From the NCBI GenBank assembly GCA_963669175.1, contig OY769902.1:448001-512000 (forward strand): a stretch of DNA of 64,000 nucleotides, in the 5' to 3' direction. Below the pieces are notes generated by a model. That model was given only the letters and a program-made list of their open reading frames with translations, was not told the origin of the DNA and did not search any database. The stretch's first letter is position 1. Each line of letters starts with the position of its first letter. Positions 10,429 through 20,800 of the stretch are shown in pieces. Position numbers and translations under genes: made by a program. This stretch comes from a bacterium (GTDB lineage Bacteria > Electryoneota > Electryoneia > Electryoneales > Electryoneaceae).

Positions 10429-11163
10429 ATGACAAAGGTTGTTGGCGTAATCCCGGCACGATTTGCTTCCACTCGTTTTCCGGTAAAAATGCTGGCCGAT
10501 CTTGCCGGCAAAGCTCTCGTAGTTCGTACCTGGGAAAATGCCTGCCGCACGAAAACACTGGATGAGGTTCTGGTTGCTACAGACGATGACCGGATTGCGG
10601 ATGTGATCACGCAGGCTGGTGGAAAGGCTGTCATGACCTCACCGGATCTCCCCTCCGGCAGCGACCGTGTCCTGGCAGCTCTTGAAGGCATCCCTGCGGA
10701 TATCATCGCCAATATACAGGGTGACGAGCCCCTGCTCCCGCCAGGAACCATTGATAACGCCGTTCGCCTTCTGTTCGACAATCAGCATTTCCAGGTAACG
10801 ACCGCCGCTGTTCCCCTGGAACCGGATCGGTTGCAAGATCCCAATGCGGTCAAAGTAGTTGTGGATAAGACTGGCCGCGCTTTGTATTTCTCGCGAAGCA
10901 TGATCCCCTTTGCGCGTGAAGGAAATCCACCCCTTCATCTCTACCGTAGACACATCGGGCTGTATGTGTATAGAAGAGACGCGCTGGCCTCCTTCTGTTC
11001 ATGGCCGCAATCCGAACTCGAACAATGCGAAAAACTGGAACAGCTTCGTTTGCTGGAACATGGCGTGTCTATTGGTGTTCTGGATATTCCGGAAGCGCCT
11101 CCGGGGGTGGATACTGTGGAGGACCTGGAGCAGGTAAAAGCTATCTTTGCCCGGCAAGCCTGA
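10429..11163 (+). CDS. kdsB: 3-deoxy-manno-octulosonate cytidylyltransferase
   Basis: IPARFASTRFP, NIQGDEP, ALYFSRS, HIGLY, EKLEQLR, GVDT. Confidence 0.95.
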   Translation: MTKVVGVIPARFASTRFPVKMLADLAGKALVVRTWENACRTKTLDEVLVATDDDRIADVITQAGGKAVMTSPDLPSGSDRVLAALEGIPADIIANIQGDEPLLPPGTIDNAVRLLFDNQHFQVTTAAVPLEPDRLQDPNAVKVVVDKTGRALYFSRSMIPFAREGNPPLHLYRRHIGLYVYRRDALASFCSWPQSELEQCEKLEQLRLLEHGVSIGVLDIPEAPPGVDTVEDLEQVKAIFARQA

Positions 11164-11174
11164 CAGGAGGGACA

Positions 11175-11660
11175 ATGTCAAACCTTTTATCGAAGAGCAT
11201 GGAAATTGCGCTGCAACGTGAAGCAGCAAATGTAACTGCCGCCAAAGCCCTGGAAGGCCTGAACCTCAGCCTGGCAGGCGCGAAGATTCCAGGCTCACCG
11301 CACACCATCTGGCAATTGATCAAACACCTTGTTTTCTGGCATGACCTGATGCTGGATTACGCCGAAGAAAAACCTGTCGCATTCCCGGAAACACCTGAAC
11401 CCGGATGGGATTTCCCGGAAGCGCCTGAAAACCAGGATGAGCTTGATGCAACCGCCACCCATTTCATCACCAGGATTGATCAGGCCGTGAAACTGGTGAA
11501 AGATGTTGAAGCATCCGGCAACCTCACGACAGATCATCCCGTCTTTGAACTGCATATGGCTGTGGGACATACAGCTTACCATCTCGGGCAGATTGTGCTG
11601 CTGCGTTCACAACTGAATGCCTGGCCACCTCCATCCGGGGGATACAAGTTTGGAGCGTAG
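11175..11660 (+). CDS. DinB family protein
   Basis: HTIWQLIKHL...HTAYHLGQI; AGGAGG RBS before ATG 11175. Confidence 0.85.
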   Translation: MSNLLSKSMEIALQREAANVTAAKALEGLNLSLAGAKIPGSPHTIWQLIKHLVFWHDLMLDYAEEKPVAFPETPEPGWDFPEAPENQDELDATATHFITRIDQAVKLVKDVEASGNLTTDHPVFELHMAVGHTAYHLGQIVLLRSQLNAWPPPSGGYKFGA

Positions 11661-11665
11661 TGATT

Positions 11666-11890
11666 GTCCGACATATTTCGTAGCAAACAACAAGCAGCTA
11701 TCCTCTTGAAACAATTCAACATAGGCCACCGCCGGGCAACCGCCTTCGCAAGCTACGACGTGTTTCAAGCCGGCGGGGCCAAGGGGATCTTTCTCGTATT
11801 CAGAAAGGCTGAAACCTGACAGCACACAACCGAAAATAGGAGATTCGGTACGTGTTCCTGCAACCCAGGTCAGACTCGCAAGTTCGGACA
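11666..11890. repeat. Composite intergenic REP region
   Basis: Contains CAAGCCGGCGGGGCCAA (also at 59467-59483) and a CCGCCTTCGCAAGCTACG palindrome; bounded by TGTCCGA...TCGGACA. Confidence 0.5.
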
Positions 11891-11915
11891 AAAAAAACCG
11901 GGTCTGAAACCCGGT
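11890..11915 (-). terminator. Intrinsic terminator
   Basis: ACCGGG-N7-CCCGGT stem followed by 8 T on the minus strand. Confidence 0.65.
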
Positions 11916-11942
11916 GTGATGTCTGAAAAGTAGCGCTATACC

Positions 11943-12692
11943 TCAATCATCATCATCATCCATAAGGTCCAGCGGACTCACATAGTTCTCGAGCGCTTTC
12001 TGCGCACGCTCGGCCGCGATCTTGATCGCTTCATCCGTGTCTTCTTCCGCCACCACCATGGTTGTCATCAGGGTGACCGCAAGTTGCGGGGTCAGGTGAA
12101 TGCTGTCCAATTCGCCACGGAAGAACAGGGCGCCACGCCTGTATTCACCAACTATGCCCTCTACCCAGAGAATCTCAGCCTCGGTAGCGCCCAGGTCATG
12201 TAGACAACGTCGTACCGACTTGGTCCACATCGCCTGGTTCTCGGTATCACCGCCAGCCAGCAAAATAGCCAACCCGGTCAAGCCCTCACGAGTGATACGC
12301 CCCTCAATCTCGTAAGAAAGGCTGGTATCGATAAGAGTATTCGTCTTTTCATCCAGCAACGGCCGCCACGATTCCTGTTCAAACAAACGTAGCGCGCTCA
12401 TACGCATACGCTGGCGAGCCGGATTTCCGCTCCAGCAGGGAATCAGCTTCTCAAGGAAGCCGACAGCATGAAGCCACTCCACACCTTCCACACGCTTAGA
12501 ACAGCCAAATAATTCCCAGAACTTGTCACGCAACACTTCCGGGTTATCTATATACGGTAAATCGTCTTTCACATCTTGCGTAAACGAATCAGGAATCTCG
12601 ATCTCCTTCTTCGTTAGCTTGATAGCAAGATCAATCAGAATTCCAGGCGCTTTCTTTACTTCATCTGTCGATGGCAAACGACTAGCTGCCAT
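11943..12692 (-). CDS. Hypothetical protein resembling the helical body of CCA-adding/poly(A) polymerases, without the catalytic head
   Basis: EVLRDKFWELF...GVEWLHAVGFLEKLIP resembles the PolyA_pol RNA-binding segment; AAGGAG RBS; acidic tail. Confidence 0.6.
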   Translation of the reverse strand: MAASRLPSTDEVKKAPGILIDLAIKLTKKEIEIPDSFTQDVKDDLPYIDNPEVLRDKFWELFGCSKRVEGVEWLHAVGFLEKLIPCWSGNPARQRMRMSALRLFEQESWRPLLDEKTNTLIDTSLSYEIEGRITREGLTGLAILLAGGDTENQAMWTKSVRRCLHDLGATEAEILWVEGIVGEYRRGALFFRGELDSIHLTPQLAVTLMTTMVVAEEDTDEAIKIAAERAQKALENYVSPLDLMDDDDD

Positions 12693-12900
12693 GCTCAACT
12701 CCTTGGTTTAACGTACACTAGCATCCCGACCCATATTATTAGGTACTCCTAATACTAAATCTCACTCCGCATTGTGAAAGATAGTACAAAGGGGGTTCCG
12801 GGACACGAAAAAAACAAAAAAAGTAAAAAAAATCATGGAGACAAATTCTCCATGAGATTTAATTCTAAACCGTTAATACACAAACAGTAAACAGGCTAAA

Positions 12901-14727
12901 TTATTCAACAGTAACCGATTTTGCCAAGTTTCTTGGCTTGTCAACGTCCCACCCCAATAAATCGGCGACATAGTATGCCAGGATCTGCAGAGGAATCACG
13001 TTCAGTAACGGCGTCAGTATCGGGTGACACTGCGGCACTCGAATCACATAATCTGCAAGTTTGTCGATACGATCATCATCCTCGTTTACGATGACAATCA
13101 CACGTCCCTCTCGCGAGCGCACTTCCTCAATATTGGAGATCACCTTGGAGTAGGTCTGGTCACGTGTAGCGACGAACACCACCGGCATGAGACGGTCAAT
13201 CAGGGCAATCGGGCCATGTTTCATTTCGGCTGCCGGATACCCCTCAGCATGGATATAGCTGATTTCCTTTAGCTTCAGCGCACCTTCCATGGCGACCGGG
13301 TAGTTCTGCCCACGAGCCAGGTAAAGGAAGTTGGATGAACGAGAGAATATCTTGGCAATATCCAGAATATCAGTGGTGTCCTTCAGGATTGCGGCCACTT
13401 TTTTGGGAATGGAAATCAGGTCGCCCAGGATCTCTTTCCCATCACCTTTTGTAAAACCACGCTGACGCGCCAGCAGCACTCCCAGCATGGCAAGAACAGT
13501 CACCTGGCTGGTAAAGGCCTTGGTCGAAGCCACCCCGATTTCCGGCCCGGCATGCAGGTATACGCCACCGTCAGACTCGCGAGCGATGGTAGACCCAACC
13601 GTGTTCACGATACCTAATCCCAGCGCGCCACGTTTCTGCGCTTCACGCAGGGCAGCGAGGGTATCAATGGTTTCACCGGACTGGCTGATGGCAAAAGCAA
13701 CCGTATTCGGCGGGATCACCGGGTTGCGATACCGGAACTCCGACGCATACTCCACAAGCACCGGAATCCGTGCCCAATCCTCTATCAGGTACCTGCCGAC
13801 CAGGCCGGCATGGTAAGACGTTCCGCAGGCCAGGAACAGAATTCGTTCCGCTTTCTTCAGCTCTTCAAGATGCGCGGTCAGGCCGCCGAGCCGCACTTCA
13901 CCTTTATCCAGGAGAATTCGCCCACGCATGGTGTCTTCCATGGTAATGGGCTGCTCCATGATCTCTTTCAGCATGAAATGCTTGTATCCGCCCTTTTCGA
14001 TCTGCTCCATGGAGAAGTCGATCCGGGTCGAGACGCGCTTGATTTCGGATTCGTCATGGTCAAGATGATGGAAGTGGTCCGTTGTCACGGTGCCGGCTTC
14101 GCCGTCTTCCAGGAAGATCACGTCGCGCGTGTGTTCCACGATCGCGGCGAGGTCGGAAGCAATAAAGTATTCATCATCCCCAACCCCGACAACCAGCGGG
14201 CTGCCCATCCGGGCTACGACAATACGGTCGGGTTCATCTTCATGGAGAACCGCGATGCCATAGGTGCCTTCTATACGTTTCAGCGCACGCAACACCGCCG
14301 CTTCCAGGTCCCCGTCATAGAACATCTCGATGAGGTTGACCAGCGTCTCGGTGTCGGTGTCAGTCTTGAACTCAAAACCTTTTTGCTGCAGTGCGGTTTT
14401 GATTTCTGTATAATTTTCGATGATGCCGTTGTGAATCAGGGCAATTTTGCCGTTGTTGCTGATATGCGGATGAGCATTACGTGTGTTCGGGGAGCCATGT
14501 GTCGCCCACCGGGTATGACCGATACCGATGGTCGAACTCAGTTGTTTTCCTTCGAGACTGTCTTCCAGCTCTTTTATTTTTCCCTTCTTCTTGTACAGCT
14601 TGAGCTTGTCGTCCTGGATAAGAGCCAGTCCGGCAGAATCATACCCACGGTATTCCATGCGTTTCAGGCCATTGATAAGAAGCGGTTTGGCTTCACGATG
14701 ACCTACATATCCTATTATCCCACACAC
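12901..14727 (-). CDS. glmS: Glutamine--fructose-6-phosphate aminotransferase
   Basis: GTG start giving (M)CGIIG with the catalytic N-terminal Cys; EYRGYDSAG, GHTRWATHG, SQSGET, C-terminal PRNLAKSVTVE. Confidence 0.97.
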   Translation of the reverse strand: MCGIIGYVGHREAKPLLINGLKRMEYRGYDSAGLALIQDDKLKLYKKKGKIKELEDSLEGKQLSSTIGIGHTRWATHGSPNTRNAHPHISNNGKIALIHNGIIENYTEIKTALQQKGFEFKTDTDTETLVNLIEMFYDGDLEAAVLRALKRIEGTYGIAVLHEDEPDRIVVARMGSPLVVGVGDDEYFIASDLAAIVEHTRDVIFLEDGEAGTVTTDHFHHLDHDESEIKRVSTRIDFSMEQIEKGGYKHFMLKEIMEQPITMEDTMRGRILLDKGEVRLGGLTAHLEELKKAERILFLACGTSYHAGLVGRYLIEDWARIPVLVEYASEFRYRNPVIPPNTVAFAISQSGETIDTLAALREAQKRGALGLGIVNTVGSTIARESDGGVYLHAGPEIGVASTKAFTSQVTVLAMLGVLLARQRGFTKGDGKEILGDLISIPKKVAAILKDTTDILDIAKIFSRSSNFLYLARGQNYPVAMEGALKLKEISYIHAEGYPAAEMKHGPIALIDRLMPVVFVATRDQTYSKVISNIEEVRSREGRVIVIVNEDDDRIDKLADYVIRVPQCHPILTPLLNVIPLQILAYYVADLLGWDVDKPRNLAKSVTVE

Positions 14728-14872
14728 AGGCGTTTTCCTTGCAAAAAAATCAACTGTTTCCAATCAGGGCAAATCGACCTCGGCAATATACAAAGCCCGG
14801 CCTCGCAATCAAATTAAGTACACCGGAAAAAGGCTTTTTATGGTGACCCTACGCACAGCTTTTCTCTCCCGC

Positions 14873-17800
14873 TTATCCGCGAATGGAGATGTCCACATTC
14901 AGGCCGAATTCCTGGTAGGTTGTGCTTGGGATGCCGCGGCCACGGGTCAGGCCGAACTTGTAGCGGATGCCGCCGGTTACGGTGCGCGAGAAGCTGTATT
15001 TGACGGAAGGTGTGATCGACCAGCTAATGTTGCTGCGGGTCTCGGTAAAATCTGCGTCGTCCTGGCTGGTTTCACCCTGCTGTTCCGAATAGTCGAACAG
15101 GGTTGAGAAAGTGGTCTCGTTATCGAAACGACGGTTCTTGAAGGGCCAGATGGGAAGCGGAATCCGGAAACCGGTTTTGCGTGTATAGCTGGCATTGAAC
15201 GAGACGGATGAGTTTGTGTCTCTGCTGCGTCCCTTGCTGGATGGCGTTACTCCGATTCGCTGGCTCCAGTTATAGCGGATGGACGTCGAGATCTGGTATT
15301 TCCAGGTAATGTTTATTCCCGCCAGCGGACTGAATCCTTTTTCAAAGGATTCCTGCGTGATGTACTTGCCGTAGACATCATATGTTGAATCATCTATTGT
15401 CACCTGGCGTGTCTGCATTTCCCAGTTCTGGCTGAACCGCCCGGTGTAGCTGTGTTCGAAGCTGATGGACTGGGCAAAGTTGGAAAGCGGACCGATCTGC
15501 TCGATGCCACCCCAGCGGAAGGTCCAGTTAGGTAGATTCAACGGAATAGGCGTAACACCGTCATCATCCATGATGAAAAACGCGCTGTGTTCCTGGCTGC
15601 CGGTTACATTGTTGCCAGAACTCTTCTGCTTACGGATATCGTAGCTTAAACCACTCGAGATTCGGGTCGTCCAATCAATGCCACTACTGAGGCGATAATT
15701 GTCACTGCGCTGGCTGGTAGCTACCGATGTAAATCCGGGCACCTGATCCAGACCTGGATCGCCAGTGAAGCCCAGCATATAATCCCAGCTCGCTTCCCCG
15801 GGCTTGACTGTAGGATTGGAGAAGGACAGGTTCTGCGTATAGTTGAAGGATGGATCCTGGATTCTGCTCGTGATGAAACGCAGCGCTTTCATCGGGCTGA
15901 TGCCAAGCCCCTTGGCTTCATCATCGGCCTTTTCTTCACGGTCACGACCTGGTTCTTCGCCACGCTCTGCGTCGGTGCGTCCAAAACCATCCGGGCTCGG
16001 GCCACGGTCCCTGCCACCACGGTCGCGTCCGCGATCACGTCCACGATCACGTCCCCCGCGCTCCGTTCCAAGCAAGCTGCGCAGCCGGAAGGTCATGTTG
16101 GCGCCGAGAGAGTTGTTTGAACTGACAGTTCGTGAACCGTAGGAGAAACTCGGCCAGCTCCAGGTGTAGGTGGTGGAGTAATTGGACCCCGTCGTCAACC
16201 AACTGATCAGTTCCGGGTTCCAGTTCCCACTGATACGTTGCTGTTTCTGAGTATCGACAAAGGGCAGATTGCCGGCTTCCCAGAAGATTTCTTTATAAAG
16301 TGGATCATCACTGCTGATACGTTCCCACGGCCGTTTAAAGCCATACTGTTCGATCCAGCCCTTTATTTCCAGTTGGTCGTAGATAAATTGGACAATAATC
16401 GCATCCGCTTCCGGATTGCCGCCATCCGGCGGGTCCAGCATTTTCTCGATATCCTGCTGCAGCGATCTCGCTTCCAGGTTACCATCCGCATACATATTTT
16501 CCAGTCTCGTCAGTGTGCTGTCGATAATGGTTTCATCAGAGGTTCCCGGCGCGTAATAGTCCATTTTCAGGGTGTAATTGATATTATTTGTGGGGTCATC
16601 ATCGGCCAGCGATGCATTCACTGTGGAAACATCCGGCTGTGCAGAGTAGATGATGCTCTGCCGTGTTGAATCCTCACGGGCATACTTGGAATCTACATTA
16701 TAGCTATAGTCTATGGAGAAGGACTGGAAGGGACGAATCCCTGTAGAGAAGCTACGCTTGATACTGGCCGCATAACTGGGACGCAGGGTAGAGTTACGGT
16801 ATTTGTCACTCTTTCGCGTTTCGCTGCCATCCAGGGAGAACGCGATCTTGGAAGGCCAGTAATTGAACCGTGTATCCGACAACCGGTTCAGGAACGGCAT
16901 CTTTTCTGTCCATTTGAAAATGCGGAGGTCCGCCTGTTCGAATGGAAGATTATAGCTTACGGAGGCATTGCTCGAAAAAGTCTTCTGGTATTGATAGGTC
17001 GGACTGGTGGTATAGTTCTGCTTATGGTCCGCACGCAGGCTGATATTGTCTACCGTATAGCGCAATACCGGGTTACTGCTCTTCTTGGATTTCGAGAAAC
17101 TGGAACCCCAGGAATATTGCTGACTGGTTGTGAACAGGGTGTCAATGCCCCACGCATCCAGATCCTGTCGTGGTGTTCCGGTGGAGTCGCGGATGATGTC
17201 CCCATCCGCATCATACATGTATTTATCTTTTAGATGATCTCGCGAATAGGCGAACCTTCCAAACTGTTCCCAGATATTGATCGTACCCTCATCGGTAATA
17301 CTCTCGATAAGAATATCACCGTTACTCTCCGTGTATTTTGGAATACTCAGGCTGGTATTGGCCGTAAACCGTACCGGAAGTGAGATCCCCAGGTTGGGAT
17401 CAAGGAATTTATTCAGGGCGAGGCTTCCATTGGTATTCAAGCTGATGTCACTCTGGTTAGATCCGAGACGCTTGTCAACCTGGTGAAAGTTGGCGTCCTT
17501 CTGGGAAAGATCCATGTGCAGGTCCATGAAATCGGAGAAGGAGGCGTCTACCGAGCCTCTCATGGCCATGCCTGATTCTTTTCTTACTCCGGAAAGACGC
17601 AATTCATCCGCCCAGACAACTACTTCGTCTGTTTCCCGGATAGGCCTTCCGAAGTTCCGCAGACCGATGGCATACGCATCAATTTTACCCAGCGACGGAC
17701 TTCCGACAACTTTAATCGTAGCCCCGTTGGCCAGCACTTCATAGGCCATATTGTTTCCGGACTGCTGAGCAGCCAGGCGGAGCGTACTCAGCCGGTCAAG

Positions 17801-20800
17801 GTCAATGACAATCTGGTTATCAGCCCATCCCGGCTCGAGGGGCGCTGAATATTCGTAATAATCCTTGTTCGGCGCTTTAAAACCATAGCCAAAGCGGAGG
17901 AAGAAATGCAGGTCATATTGTTCGAATAATTCCCTGTCCGCACCGCCACCATTGACAAACATCTTGAGTTGCTTGTATTCACGCAGGTCCATGGAACGAT
18001 ACAATGTTCTGATGACCTGTCCCTCGGCATTGGTGGGGAAATCCTTGATCTGGATTTCCAGCGATTGTTCCTTGCTGCGGATATCGGTAACAGGATCTAC
18101 TTCACCGGCAACACCCGGGGGCTCATAGTACACACCTTCGTTATCATGTGTATTGACAGTCGCTGTAGTCATATAGACCGTCGTGTCCCCGGTCGCGGTA
18201 ATGATCGGATCTTCCAGCCACAGGTTTCCTACCAGTTCAAACTGCGCCAGGTGTACCACAGAACGGCTGGTACAGTCGGTGAGCCAGACTCGGACAAACT
18301 TGATCTGGGTGAAATCCGGATCCCCCATCGTCAGGGTGGAGTCGAAATCTTCCATTGGGATACGGATCAGCCGCCAGCCCTTCTCGTTATCAATACCACC
18401 AGCTATATATTTGTTGTAGTCTTCAAGATCATTCAGGCGGAACCTGTACCGATAGAAGTTGTTCGAAGTGGCAAGCTGGTTGTCACCGGTCAAGTCTTCC
18501 GTGTCAGGAATACGCCCGCCTTCTTCCAGCAGGTTTCCCTGGGTACCGTTGATCTTGGTATAATTATCGGTACCGTAGGTATAATTCCAATCGTCCACGG
18601 AGAACGGTTCATCGGGAGAATGCTCGCCGTCACCATTCAGATCCCACCAGTCATACGTTTTCAAGGCAAAATCATAGTTGTTCACATTGAGCGAATCTGG
18701 CGGATCGCCCTTCTCCATACCGTCAATGCCTGTATCTTCATCATCATCCAGGATACCATCGCCAATCGGCAGGTTTTCCAGAGGTTTGTCTTCCGTATTC
18801 AGGGCATTATTTGGAATAACATCTTCGCTGATTTCACCCATGTCGATATAGAGAACTGCATCCGTTCCCCCGGCGGCCCATTTCATCGTCAGTTCGATAA
18901 AACGGGTTTCTGTCTGATCCCAGTACCCGGCGGACAGGTAACGCATGATTCCGTTCCAGGTATCCTTTGCTGGAATCTCCGGATCACGGAAGTTGTTGAC
19001 ACCCGGGGTATACTCGAGTGTCAGAATATGCGCATCCTGCGCCACATTCGAGTTTACATCCCGATTTGGCCAGATATCCTTGATCGGAATACGCAGCCGT
19101 GGGTTGTACCAGCTCAGTTTACCTCGGGCATCAAAGCTTGTGGGCGAATGATGCGGGATTTCCCGTGGAAAACTTGCCGGGAACCAGCCTTTACGCATAA
19201 TGCTGAACGGTGTGATTCTTTTAGCTGCTTCAAAGTCATCGATATAGGCCACACCGTCCGGGTCGCCGGTGGATTCGTTGTTCAAGCTGTTCGGGTTCGG
19301 GAATACCTGGGCAATTTCACCTTCGAACGTGAGTTCGCTGGGTTCATCCGTTTCCAGTAAAGGAATCGCGTTGACCATCTGCGTCATGAAATAAGGCCTG
19401 AATCGCAAGCGGGCATTCATATCCCAGATCACATTCCGGGTCGGTTCATTACCCACCTTGACACGCTGATCCAAAGGTTTTTCATTGTAATACAGGAAGG
19501 TGCCGCCGATAAACGAATCTTCCCAGAGTGCGTATTCGAGGCGCACGCCGATCATGGTCCTTCGGTCAAGCTGGAAAATCTCACCGGATTCATAACTGAT
19601 TTCAAGGTTGGCGCTCTGGTCAAACGCTGCTTCATTCAAAATGGTCAACGTACCGGACAGGTAGTCAATCGTATAGTCAATATTCCGCTTCAGTTTGGAC
19701 CCGTTCAGCAAGACTTCTTCAGATTCCTCCAGGATGTTGAACCCAAGCGAATAGGTCGCTGAAACGCTTGAGTACTCCGCAATCATTTTGAACAGTGATG
19801 ATGGTTGCTGCCCACTGCCTGAATAGGTATAAATATTCGCGTTCAGCAGAGTATCCGAGGCTGAAACGAGGTTGTCGTAGGAAGATTTGGCCACATCACT
19901 GACAGTATACCCGGAAGGATTAAAAGGTGTCAGGTCCGGAAAGATAATTTCACCGTATTGAGCGTTCAACCAAACCATATCCAACAAGCCGTCCGGAACT
20001 TGGCCCCCATCCTGGTTGACATTGTCCAAGCCAAGATCCTGGATCCACGGGTTTTTAGTTTTCGGGTTGACTTCAACATCACCGGAAGTATTGCGTTTGA
20101 TGGTAAAGGTGAAATCGTCCGGGTCCAGGTCACGTGTGCCCAGGGAATACACGTTCTGAAGTGCAAGCACCCAGGTCGTATCTGAAGGGAGCTGGCTTTC
20201 TGCCTTGATCAAGCGAAGAATACGATAGTTTTCCGTCAACCCCATCGTACCATAAACTCTAGACTGGGTGGCAGAACCGGGAATCGGTGCGTTCAAACGA
20301 TAGGCTACAGCGATAACATCTTCATCCGACGCCGTAATATTCAAACGTATCAATCCAAGGTCTTTCTCATAGGTATAATCAACATTTTCTTCGAGGAGAC
20401 GGAAGAAACCTGATTTGGACATCCTGTTGTCCTGCTCCTCTTGAGATGCTTTCAGCGAGTCCAGGGCAATACGGACCTGTTCGGCATTCAGGCTGGCATA
20501 TCGATCCGAGTTTTCAAATGTGGCAAAACATTCGTAGAAGTTGGTCAAATCGCCACTGGTGAGGTTGGCTGTACGATAGACCTCAAGCTCACTGATGGAC
20601 ACGCCCGTTGCAATATGCTGGTACTGGCTGCCATAGTTGGGAAATTCTTCACGAAAATACGGGTCAAGGAAGAAGTACCGGTTCTTTTCGTAATCCTTGT
20701 CATAAATCGTAACGGTCTGTTTTTCAGCGCCGCCCTGGATTGTCTTTTTATTCTTTTCACCCTTTTGCAGCGATGTGATGGTTGTTACTGTAAGCGGCCC

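Noticed and set aside
11607-11891. 94-aa minus-strand ORF
   Set aside because: It overlaps the DinB stop, starts within a terminator T-run and spans REP sequence.
14728-14872. glmS ribozyme upstream of glmS
   Set aside because: The intergenic region is only ~145 bp and I see no conserved ribozyme core.
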